From: Spizellomyces punctatus DAOM BR117
Lineage: Eukaryota
Assembly: GCA_000182565.2 (NCBI GenBank)
Contig: KQ257450.1
Length of the DNA stretch: 64,000 nucleotides
Reading direction: 5' to 3' (one strand)
The position numbers and the translations under genes are program-made. Each line of letters opens with the position of its first letter. Within the stretch, counting starts at the first letter, position 1. Below are positions 1 to 10,352 of this stretch, piece after piece. The notes below the pieces were generated by a model. The model searched no databases. It was not told the origin of the DNA and saw nothing but the letters and a program-made list of their open reading frames with translations.

Positions 1-1091
1 TACCCGATCGCAAAGCATGCCAGTTTTCAAGGTGTGGACGAACAGACAAGGGAGTGAGTGCTTTCGAGCAGGTCCTTGGATTGTGGATCAGGAGTTCATT
101 GTGCGCTAGCACGGCCGGATTAGTGAAGGGGTGGGAAAACACGGAACCAGCAAAGAAGGGTGTGATGAAAGAGTTGGGTTACTGCGATGTGGTGGATGGG
201 GAGATGGATTATGTGGGTATTTTGAACAGGATCTTACCGAAAGACATACGAGTCTTGGGGTGGAGTCCGGTCCCGCCAACCTTTGATGCCAGATTTGACT
301 GCCAATATCGCCGATATAAATACTTCTTTCCTGCCGGAGCATTGGATATTCGCGAAATGAGGACGGCAGCATCACAGTACATTGGTGTACACGATTTCCG
401 AAATTTTTGCAAAGTCGATCCAGCCAAGAACATTTCTTCCTACGAACGCCGAGTTCTGGATGCAGATATAAGACCATTGGGCCTAGAAGATGACCCCAAT
501 TGGGCAGACGGTCCTAATGGAGATGGATTGGATGCGGAGACCGGACAGGCACCTGAAGCGGACAAATGTTATGTCTTTACCGTCACAGGCCACGCCTTTC
601 TCTGGCATCAAGTGCGCTGCATGATGGGTATACTCTTTTTGGTCGGATTACGAAAGGAGCCCTCAAACCTCCCCACAACTCTAATGGATCTGTCAGCGCA
701 TCCCCCAAACAGTGGTCGACCAGCTTACGACATGGCAAGCGAGATACCCCTTGTCCTTGTCGAGTGCGGTTACCCTACGGACATGTTACGATGGCACCAG
801 GATGATGCTGAGAGCATCAAATTGGCCCATGGATTGCGAGAGTTGTGGAGAGATTATGCTGTGAAGAGTACACAGATTGGTCGGTTGATTCAAGGTGTCG
901 TTGGCATGGACGAAAGACGATTGTCATGGGTATCTGGTAAAGAAAAGTACGTACCGGTGATGAAGCTGGGGAGATGCGATTCTGTTGAAGAAAGAATCAG
1001 AAAGAGCGATGACGCAAAGACGAGGAAAAGAGGAGCAGGAACTCCAGACAAGGTCAATGATGCTGGAAAGCGGCCCAAGATGGTCGAATGA
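1..1091 (+). CDS. DEG1: tRNA pseudouridine synthase, TruA family (Deg1/Pus3-like), 5'-truncated by window edge
   Basis: Motifs LNRILPKDIRVLGW, FDARFDC..RRYKY, GVHDFRNFCK and FLWHQVRCMMGILFLVG are typical of Deg1/Pus3. Confidence 0.9.
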   Translation, partial: PDRKACQFSRCGRTDKGVSAFEQVLGLWIRSSLCASTAGLVKGWENTEPAKKGVMKELGYCDVVDGEMDYVGILNRILPKDIRVLGWSPVPPTFDARFDCQYRRYKYFFPAGALDIREMRTAASQYIGVHDFRNFCKVDPAKNISSYERRVLDADIRPLGLEDDPNWADGPNGDGLDAETGQAPEADKCYVFTVTGHAFLWHQVRCMMGILFLVGLRKEPSNLPTTLMDLSAHPPNSGRPAYDMASEIPLVLVECGYPTDMLRWHQDDAESIKLAHGLRELWRDYAVKSTQIGRLIQGVVGMDERRLSWVSGKEKYVPVMKLGRCDSVEERIRKSDDAKTRKRGAGTPDKVNDAGKRPKMVE

Positions 1092-1239
1092 GGGACTTTG
1101 CAATTTGTACATAGATGACGCAAGGCATGGAGCAATTGTAAATGACTGTAACAAGACGCTCAACTTTTATAGATGGCGTAGAATTTTCGAATATATTCAC
1201 AGTAAATATAATAACGATAAACTTGACCAAACTCTGCAA

Positions 1240-1800
1240 TCAAGATCTCCTCCGTCGTTTCTTGCTTCTTTTGTCCCTGTCATCCTCTGACTCTGACTCT
1301 GACTCTGAAGACGACGAATCGCTGTCGCTTGATGACGAATCCGAAGAATCCGACGAAGAATCTGAACTGGAGGAACTACTAGAGCTTGAGCTCGACTCCG
1401 AATCTGAATCACTGTCACTCCCACTCTCACTGCTATCTTCCCCCCTTTCCCTCCTCTTTTTTCGCAAGATTTCATCTGCAAGTCCCTTTTGTGATCGTCT
1501 GAGACCAGTTGGATCTTTTTTGACCATGGCACTTGGGAGGATGGGTTTGGAAAGCTGTTGCGTGCGAGTTGGACGAGATACATACGGACGGGTTGATTTG
1601 CATTCATATGTCCAGTGACCGTAACCTGTTGACAACAGAGGGTGAATAACGGTGAAAAGTTCCAGGCAGCCCCGTGTGCGTTCCTTACCTAGACATTTTT
1701 GGCACTGCCCTGGCTGCTGGCGACCACGCCTAAAGGTGGAGATTTGGGAAAGAGATTCAACCGGGGCTGTTGGAGCACCAAAGATGGGCGGTTGTGTCAT
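1240..1800 (-). CDS. ZCCHC10-like zinc-knuckle protein with Ser/Asp-rich tail
   Basis: Removing a 63-nt GT-AG intron (1626-1688) gives CQKCLGYGHWTYECK..RPYVSRPTRTQQL, followed by a poly-Ser/Asp tract and a basic C-terminus. Confidence 0.85.
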   Translation of the reverse strand: MTQPPIFGAPTAPVESLSQISTFRRGRQQPGQCQKCLGKERTRGCLELFTVIHPLLSTGYGHWTYECKSTRPYVSRPTRTQQLSKPILPSAMVKKDPTGLRRSQKGLADEILRKKRRERGEDSSESGSDSDSDSESSSSSSSSSSSDSSSDSSDSSSSDSDSSSSESESESEDDRDKRSKKRRRRS

Positions 1801-2248
1801 TTCTGTCGATTGGAATTTTGATTTTTCAAGACGATTTGCTAGCTTCTCGTCCCTGCACTTCCCTTCGGACGAATCGCGACTGTGCCACTTGCAAGGCTTT
1901 GAAGATGCAAGTTGCAGCTGAACACTTTGGGCTGTTTTCTTCCTTTGATGTCGGGCGCCTGGGGCTTTCGATCTTTGAATAGCAGATATCTCAGCGTTGG
2001 TTTGCTCATCCGCCAACAGGGAACATGAGAGATGAAAAGGTTTTGAATGATCCAAAAGCCATCTCGCGAGTCATTACAAGATCTTGCAAAAAACAATGCC
2101 GCAAAAGCGACAGCACAACTAGATCTGTAAACAAACTTTATACTTATTTGAGCCTTTTCACTGTATTTTTATTTCTTGTTAATGATATTTCTATTTACTT
2201 GCTGTATAAGTTCTACAAAAATTCTTTATACTTCACTTCAAATAATCT

Positions 2249-3967
2249 CTATGTGCATTGGATGTACTTTCCAGCATTGCTGCATGACGTTCCAGGTGCG
2301 CATGCCATTTCTATCGGGGTAAAATTGGGATATGTAGGGTTGCAAACGAGAAATGAGTCCTGGCCGGAACAGACCATAAAATTATCCCCGCAAAGGTCGT
2401 TGCCCTTGGGGAGCTGCGCGGGGCCGGGGCCGGTGGTTGGATTTGGTGCCGTTTCCGTCGCCTGGGGTCCGGGGCCGTCAGGCGCTGGCGGCAAGGACCC
2501 CGAGTCAGTGGGGAATGGCGGCAACGAAGGGATTGTCACTGGCGGCAATGGCCCCGGGTCAGTGGGCAACGGCAGCGATGGCCCTGCCGCCGTGGTCGTC
2601 GGGGGCAATGGCACCGGGTCACTTGGGATTGACGGCGGCGATCCCGGGCCATCGGGGATTGGCGGTAATTGTCCAGGGTCACCGGGGATTTGTGGTAATG
2701 GTCCTGAACCACCGGGGCCAGGAGGCGATGGCGCACCCTTCGTGGAAACTGACGGCAATGGCGTTGGCACTGGGTCAGCGGGGTTGGGAAGCGGGGGCGT
2801 CGGAACAGCAGTCCCCGCTGGCACGGAAGTCGTGGCATCTCCGTTCTTTTTGCCCTTGTTCTTGCATGGCTTCTTGTTCTTATCATTCGTACGCCGGTTT
2901 ATCACTCGCGAAGGTCGGGGAGGTGCGGCAATAGGTAGCAGATCTGGCGTCGGGGAGAAACCCTTGTCCGTTGCTACTTGACTGAATCCACTTTTTGGCC
3001 CATTTCCTTCAAGTGTCAAGCCGCCACATTCCAAGAAGAATTGGTTTGGATCCGTCGTGTTCATTCTGAATCCAAACACGATGTCCTGCGTAGGGCCGTC
3101 GGTAGGAGTCGGAAACTCAAAGATTTTAGTTCCGTTGGCAAGGCAGTCGTTGCGGGACATAGTATTCATAATACGAAAGTTCTTGCCGTCGTGAGACTGA
3201 AAAAATTCGCAGCCCCCGTCACCGCGACGTCCATCCCCCCTTATTTCTAGGTTAACAGGCCTACCGCTCCTGATCTTCCCCAAAGGCTTCAGAAGTTTTG
3301 CCTCGCAGGGATTAGGGTTCATCGTACGGTCGATGGGCTCTCCAAGGTTCATCGAGACTTGTAGAGGAAAAAGGTCTCTGGGTCGCAGAGATGCGGGAGA
3401 TGGGGGAGGTGGGGCAACAGGTTGCAGATCTGGCGTCGCGAGGAGGGAGAAACCCTTGTCCGTTGCAGGTTGACTGAATCCACCTTTTGTTCCATTTCCT
3501 TGAATTGTAAAGCCGGCACAGGCATAGAAGAGTTGTTGTCGATCATTTGTGTTCGTCACAAATGCATATACGATGTTCTGCGTAGGGGCTTCGGTAGGAG
3601 TCACAAAGTCAAAGGTTTTAGTTCCGTTGGCAAGGCAGTCCTCGGGGGACAAACGGTTCATAACACGAAAGTTCTTGCCGTCGTGAGACTGACCAAATTC
3701 GCAGACCCCGCCGCTGCGAGTCCAATTGCCCCTTATTTCTAGTCGAACAGTGGCACCGCTGGTGATATTCCCCAAAGGCTGACCAAGTTTTGGTTCGCAG
3801 GGAGTAAGTTCCCCCTTAGGCGTGAAGGGCTCTGAAAGGGACATCCCGACGGTTAGAACGGGGGCTTTAGGGTCGGCTCTGGGAAGAGGGTGGGCCAAGT
3901 GCACATTTGTTTTAGCTGCTGCGCTCGAGGCAAGAGCCAAGATCACTGCTGCAAAGAGTTTGTGCAT
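2249..3967 (-). CDS. Secreted protein: signal peptide, two tandem AA11-LPMO-like domains, Pro-rich linker, C-terminal CBM19-like Cys module
   Basis: Intronless 572-aa ORF. Signal peptide MHKLFAAVILALASSAAA; two copies of GGxCEFxQSHDGKNFRxMN...DCLANGTKxFxFxTPT; C-terminal C-x5-C-x7-C...CAPGTSC. Confidence 0.75.
   Translation of the reverse strand: MHKLFAAVILALASSAAAKTNVHLAHPLPRADPKAPVLTVGMSLSEPFTPKGELTPCEPKLGQPLGNITSGATVRLEIRGNWTRSGGVCEFGQSHDGKNFRVMNRLSPEDCLANGTKTFDFVTPTEAPTQNIVYAFVTNTNDRQQLFYACAGFTIQGNGTKGGFSQPATDKGFSLLATPDLQPVAPPPPSPASLRPRDLFPLQVSMNLGEPIDRTMNPNPCEAKLLKPLGKIRSGRPVNLEIRGDGRRGDGGCEFFQSHDGKNFRIMNTMSRNDCLANGTKIFEFPTPTDGPTQDIVFGFRMNTTDPNQFFLECGGLTLEGNGPKSGFSQVATDKGFSPTPDLLPIAAPPRPSRVINRRTNDKNKKPCKNKGKKNGDATTSVPAGTAVPTPPLPNPADPVPTPLPSVSTKGAPSPPGPGGSGPLPQIPGDPGQLPPIPDGPGSPPSIPSDPVPLPPTTTAAGPSLPLPTDPGPLPPVTIPSLPPFPTDSGSLPPAPDGPGPQATETAPNPTTGPGPAQLPKGNDLCGDNFMVCSGQDSFLVCNPTYPNFTPIEMACAPGTSCSNAGKYIQCT
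2940..3760. repeat. Intragenic duplication (two diverged copies of a domain-coding segment, about 480-500 bp apart)
   Basis: Near-identical blocks, e.g. gatctggcgtc...ggagaaacccttgtccgttgc...ttgactgaatccac at about 2940 and about 3427, and gttcttgccgtcgtgagactga at about 3179 and about 3671. Confidence 0.85.
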
Positions 3968-5083
3968 TTTAGTGAGTAATCACACAAGGTCAGATCTGAT
4001 GGTGAAAGGAAGCGTTGAATGCACCCCTTTTTATATTCGGTTTTTTTTTTTCGATCGCCAAGCACAGCTTTGATGACCACAACATAAGTCATCGCAGGGT
4101 CTACAATACATTATTCAGGATCTCTATTTTGTCGTCCGGGTATCTGCCCCGAGTATCAGACGAACGTCCACGTCCTTGTAGGACGTAAGTGGTCCAACAT
4201 TTTGAAGGGGACATTTTCGTGAAGGCTGGGTTGGGCCTATATCTTACTAGTGATATATGTCCCTCAAGTATTCCAACATACAGAGGCTTCTCCATAGGTT
4301 GGCCAATTGTTCCAAAGTTTGTCGACGTTGGATCTGCAATACGAAAACCGCATAGAAGAAAGCAACTGGACCCACAACACTTTAGGTACAAACCTGAGAT
4401 CACTTTAATAACCACAATGGATCAACAGTTCCTGTTGTCTTGGGCCCCGTAACAAAAGATCCCCGAAACTTTAAAAGTTGCATGCTTGGCAAAGTGTTCC
4501 GGTAATCAAGATGATACAAAAGACTACAAGACTATGGTGCTCTAGCGCCATAAATATTCTTTTGGTCGCCTTTTCATTCCTGGTGACATTTTCAACCAGC
4601 CAAATTCAGATTGAGCTTGGAGCTTTTGGAACAGCATAGCCTGCCTGATTGGCGTTCCTGCGATCGCTGGTCTTTGTCTGCACCAACTGCCTACCTGATA
4701 CTGTTCCACACACTTTTAAGAATGAACACCTTCTTTGTACGGGACAATTGGTGAAGGGAAAAGGACATAACTGGAGACTGTCAAAACCCACAAAACTCCT
4801 TCTCCCCAGTCAATGCGAGTGCGGGAGGTACATACTCCAGTCACCAAAACAAAATCCACATGGCAAACGTCTTTGCATCTGCAAGACTCGCAAGCGACGG
4901 AGGAAACCAAACAGCTTGAGTACACGTGATACAAACACGTGATTCCGGTTAAATGCATGACCTCATCTTTTCAAATCCCGATCATTTCCGATTCCTTTTG
5001 CAAACCTTCGCCAGCGAACGTTCCATTCCCAATTTTCAACACGCTCAGGACTCTTTGAACGGGCACGCACGAGTAACCACACA

Positions 5084-5401
5084 ATGGCAACAAAAGCATA
5101 CACTATTGAGCAAGTCGCTTCCCACAAGTCTGCCGACGACGCATGGGTCGTTGTAAACGGCAAAGTTTATGACGTGACAAAATTCTTGGATGATCATCCT
5201 GGAGGCAAAAAAGTGTTGTTGAAGGTGTGTACCTAGTTTCACTCAAAGGTTGGTACTGCAGAATCACTTGAACTGTTGCTTGCATAGAACTGTGGAAAGG
5301 ATGCCTCCAAACAATTTGAACAATTCCACTCGGGCAACGTCCTTGAAAAGTATGGACCAAAGTTGTTGATTGGTGAGGTCTCTCCCTCGTCCAAGCTCTA
5401 A
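5084..5401 (+). CDS. Small soluble cytochrome b5 (84 aa) ending in SKL
   Basis: Exons 5084-5224 and 5288-5401 translate as MATKAYTIEQVASHKSADDAWVVVNGKVYDVTKFLDDHPGGKKVLLK/NCGKDASKQFEQFHSGNVLEKYGPKLLIGEVSPSSKL*. HPGG and the second heme His are present. Not in the ORF track. Confidence 0.93.
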
Positions 5402-5577
5402 AGAGGCGAGCGATGGAGCGACGTATGCGATTGTCTATTTTGGTGGAGACAAGCGCTGTTCTTGGTCCCTGCTTGAAAACCAAGAAAAGGGGACAGTGTA
5501 TATCATAGAGTTTGAGGAAGAAGTCTAATTTGATAATATAGCAAAAAAAAGTATCCAAATCACAGAAACTGTTCAAG

Positions 5578-7779
5578 TCAGACCTTCCTCTCCACTTCTC
5601 GCACTTTTGTCAAGACATCTTCCAGCTGCTTCTTGTTATCGTGGACCTCCTTCCGTCGCGCTTCAATCGCGTCTTCTAGCAACTTGATGACGGACACCAA
5701 AGGCTCAGCGACAACGCGCTTGAATTCTTTGTCATAAGCCGTCTGCCATGTGCAAAAGTGTGTCAAAAATTAACAGAACAAAACCTTATCTATAACCTTG
5801 CTTACTCACCATGAGATTATCCTTCAGCGTCTTGTGCCCTTGACTGACTTTCCCCCAAAACCGTCCTTCGAGCATGCCCCACCGTACCTTCATCCACCCA
5901 AACCCACCCGCACTAGCCCCAAGGGCAGAAGGAACCATGACCGCTATAGGGACACCCAAATGCACACCCAAAAGTCCAGAGACATACACCACCAATTGAT
6001 ATCCAATTTGTCGTCGCACTAGCTTTTCCGCACTTGATTGCAGATCATCGCAATGTCGCGTTTCATCAAACTTGGCAATCTCATTGCGAAGGAAGAATGG
6101 ATCCACTTCGCTTCCGGGTGCGGGAGGGGTTTGTTGTGCAAGGACTTGACCAATGCGTGAAATGTCTTGCTGAAGGGATCGCGCAACACCAGCGGATACA
6201 TCTATAGAGGCTAGGTCGAGCAAACGCTCGAGCGACTCTCCAACCCTCTGGTAAAGACCGTACAACCCTTCGTTCAACTTTCCAATGGCATATACCATTT
6301 GATACTCGGCCTGCAGCAACGAATTTTCTCGCATCTTGGATTTGAGGTCATCGGACACGAAGTCGCTTCTCCAGAAAAGCTTCCAAAACTTGACTTTGTC
6401 GAAATACTCGTGAATAGCGTCCGAGAGCGACGAGACACTGTACTGAACCGCGGCAAGATCACGAGTCTCAAAATCCCGTACCAAACGCTTTTCTGTCTCG
6501 ACAATGCGCGTCGCTAAATGCTTCAGTTCCTCCCGCGCTTGATTGAGCGCCCGTTCGGTTGCATTCTGGCTGTCCGCCAGTCTATTCAATGCCCTTCGCG
6601 CAGTGAAAGCTGCTGCCCGCATTTTATGCGCGCCCCGATCCGCTGGGGTATCTAGTCGTGAAATCACAGTAGACTTCAAGTCTTGCAGGCCAGATGCGCT
6701 CCACTGTTCCGCAAACGTTGCTGGTGGCTTTTTGTCTTTCAATAGTTGCTGTGCGGCTCGCGCTTTCCGAGTCGAGACGGGCACCACGGATGATACTCGG
6801 GGTCCCTCATTGGAGCCTGCCAAAGTTCTCAGCCGTGATCTCACTTCTTCAAGAACCTCCAATTTATCCTTGCTTTCTTGATCTAGCCCATCCACGGCCA
6901 CAACCAACCCTCCTTTGCCATTCGCATAAAAGTTTTCCAGAAACTGAACCTCGGAAGGACTCGTCAACCGCCTATTTACGTCCGTGGCCAGAATGATGAG
7001 ATCGGTGCGGTATATGACATCCTCTATGCGATGCTTATCGATGCAGTCGAGGCCTACACCGTGTTCATGTGTCGGTAATGCATTATAATAGAGTCGTGTA
7101 GCACAGGTTGTACGCACCAGGCAGCTCAAAAACTTCCACATTGTTCCTCAATAGCCAATCAGCCGGACATTTGACATCCACATATCCGCCCGTTGCACCG
7201 GCCACTTGTTCCACCTTTGAACCATAGCTGGGAATCCAAAATCAATTAGATCTTCACATATGATTTCCCAACGTACACAGTCTTGAGGGCACCTGATCCT
7301 TCTAATACCGGCATTCGAGGATTCTATCGATTCTTTGAGTGGGTTCTCAACCAGTGCATTCACCAGCGCCGATGTACCAACATGTCGCTCGCCGACAACT
7401 ACAAAGCAATGCCCATCACGATCATGCTTTCTCAAAGGATAAGTCAACTGAACATACCAGTTATTCTAAAACAGCTGTCGAAATCGACTCCAATTCTTCC
7501 AAGCCAAGCAGCATCCCGTTCTCCAATTGACACCTGAAGTTCCTTTATATGGTTGAGCAAGGTCTGAATTTCGGAACTTGCTTCAGCAGAGAGTTTTCTT
7601 GCTGTGGGTTGGGTCGGTGTTGCTTGCGTTGTCAAATTCCGGGAGTTTACAAGTACAACGCGGCCGGACCACCGTGGTCTTTCCTTCCGGGAAATCAGGC
7701 GCGAAACGGTTGGTGAAGGCGACACCGACAGGCGAGAAGACGCCGAGCGCATGCACTGTCGGCCGAGTGTGGACAGCAT
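5578..7779 (-). CDS. Mmc1-like mitochondrial membrane protein with degenerate dynamin/mitofusin-like GTPase fold
   Basis: Arg/Ser-rich presequence-like N-terminus; VVVGERHVGTSALVNAL P-loop-like motif; FWKLFWRSDFV motif typical of Mmc1 C-domain; two C-terminal hydrophobic segments; multi-exon. Confidence 0.65.
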
Positions 7780-8067
7780 GTTATTTGAGGAATGCCCTTC
7801 ACGGCGGTGAAGCGGTAGGTTGGCCAATTTGTGGTAGATGGCAAGCAAGGTCGGTCCTTCCCGAATATTGTTGTCATGGCAACAGTCATCATGAGTATTA
7901 AACGATGCTCCATGTCAAACTTGGCCAAAAGTCTTGCATGTCAACTAATAATGCACTTCTCTTTGCGATCCAGAGTTCCAAAACGTGCGTGCCAATTTAG
8001 AATGTGAAAGGCTCTGATAAAGACCTGGCCAAAAAGGAAATGATCTAAAACCTACTACAATCCCTCC

Positions 8068-9885
8068 TCAAAACAACGACTCATTTTGTCCTTGCCCAGC
8101 CGCAGGCTGGCTCCCAAAAGCTGCAAAACCAGAATTCGCTCCACTTGCCATAGGTCGCACATTAGGTGTCAAATTTGCAGCACCTCCCATCACTGGCCGA
8201 GGTTGCGAAGACGTCGCAAACTGCCCAAATTGACCGAATCCACCCATTGCACTTGTCGACCCTAATGCATTCAAGCTCGGTCCAGCGGCTTCCTCCCGTT
8301 TACCCCCACCGGAGAGAGAAGTAGCATCCAAGGAGACAAGTTTCGAGAAGGGATCGTTCGATGCAGGCTAATTCAATACAAATTGTTTAATACACACACT
8401 GAGGATAAAGCAGTTACGTATCTAGTACCTTTGTAAATCCGCCAGAGGACGCTGACGATGACGATGGTCCCACCAAGGTTTGTTGTCCAAAGGCCGGAGG
8501 AGCTGCACCTCTCGAGGCGTTCATCGAACCGCTTGAAGGTGCACCGAAGCCCCCAAGCAAATCGATGCCCGCGGAGGTTGGTACAGGCACCTGCGCAGGT
8601 GGCGCAAAGTTGGCAAAGTTGGTAGTCGATGACCCTTGAGGGAACACGCTAGAAGATGGAATAGGAGGGGACGCAAACGACGCAAACGGTTGCACAGGTG
8701 CAGTGACAGGGGCGATAGGAGCACTCTGAAAATCAGCGAAATCGTCAACCTTCTTGACAGGGGCGGTCGCAGTAGATCCCCCTGAAAAATCGCCCCAATC
8801 ATCGTCGCCGGTCCCCACGTCCAACAAGTTAACACTTGGTGTTGTAGTTTGAGGGCCGGCAGATGCGGTGGTGGTGCTGCTTTTCCCTTTGTTTGCAGTC
8901 TCCTCAGTACGAGATGATCCATTTCGAGCAGACGATGGACGATCATAACGATCTTGTCCAGACCGGGAACTCTCATCATCATCTTTGAACCCTCCTCCGT
9001 ACCCTCCTCCGTACCCACCGCTCGAAGAAGAGTATGACTCGGATTCTGGCCCGTAACCGCCATATCTGCTTCCGAATCCGTTAGAAGCCATGCCCGTATA
9101 TTTAGCTCTATTTTCTTTTGCTTTTCTTCTTTCTGCTTTTATTTTGTCGTTATCCGCCAATAACTCCGCAATCTCTTTGGCGCGGTTTCGGACTTTATTC
9201 GTCGAAGCGGTACTTTATATCAATTTCAGAATAAAAGCACTACATTGTTTACTATTGCTCTTACCGTTGATACCCTGGTCTTTGCCCTTGTCATCGATGT
9301 AGTGAAAGTTTTTCAAAGCTTTCAATTCATATATGCGATCCCTAGCAGTGTCGATAACGCGTTCTGATCCATTCTTTATTAAATATTCCAAGAGCTGAAG
9401 AGCCTGGTGACCATCAAAGGCATTAATCAATCGGCACAAAATTGAAAATACATGACACATCAACCAGGTGCTAACCTTGTAGATCTGCCTCCACTGAGAA
9501 CCGCCCTTTTCCTGAAACCGGGTATAAACTGTGTCCATGATTTCGGCAAAGTGCGTACTGGTTTGACAAGCAGGATTTGTAAGTTCAGCGGTCCTTGATA
9601 CTAATGAGCATGGTGAATCCTGCACATACTAATGACTTGTTCCAGCCGCAATGTCTTGCATGAGAGTGGAACTGGCGCCCCCTAGAAGCGAGAAGGGACT
9701 ATGGTGAGAATCCAGAACTGATGTTTACCAACCACCCGTGAATATGACATACATGGCTCATTATTTGTCGCATCGCGGACCTTGATTTCATATTCTGTGT
9801 AATTGTAAACTGCATTTTTCACCTTATTCACCATAGAGGTGATTTTGTACACGTCCACATAGTCCTTCAACTTGTCGAGATCCAT
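8068..9885 (-). CDS. ENT3: ENTH-domain Golgi/endosomal epsin (Ent3/EpsinR type)
   Basis: KVRDATNNEPWGASSTLMQDIA and WRQIYKALQLLEYLIKNGSERV; DDWGDF/DDFADF gamma-ear-binding motifs; spliced. Confidence 0.9.
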
Positions 9886-10352
9886 GCTGTGCACTTTTGG
9901 CCTTGGATAGGTCAACAGATGTCCAGTTACAGAAGGGACGATAGCTCGCCGCTACGAGGGAACCGGCCCAGTCGATGCGCTAACAAGCCCAAATCTGTCA
10001 GCTCGTCTGTCAGCACGTCGTTCAAGGAATCTCAACGCGTTTCGCAGCTGTTTGCGCAATTCGATGTGGCTCTTGACGGGGGCTGATGCCAATTTCCCAG
10101 GTGGTTGCAGGTCCCTTATCCCAAAAGCTCCCATTCAACTACGAGTGCCCGCGTTTACCAACCTGTCGGTCCACGTGCCGCCGCAATTTGCTCTGGTAGC
10201 CATGCCAACCATGAATAAACTCAGTGACTGAAACTTTAGTTGATGGCACAGCTCACTGCTGTTGCCTCTTCTCAGCCCAACCTTCCTTGGGTCATATCGC
10301 CTATAAATTGGCGACGAATTACGCAAGAGTGATGCGAAACAGCATATGTGCT

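Noticed and set aside
1142-1618. Acidic plus-strand ORF
   Set aside because: Antisense to the Ser/Asp repeat of the ZCCHC10-like gene.
2025-2981. 318-aa Gly/Pro-rich plus-strand ORF
   Set aside because: Antisense shadow of the Pro-rich linker of the secreted gene at 2249-3967.
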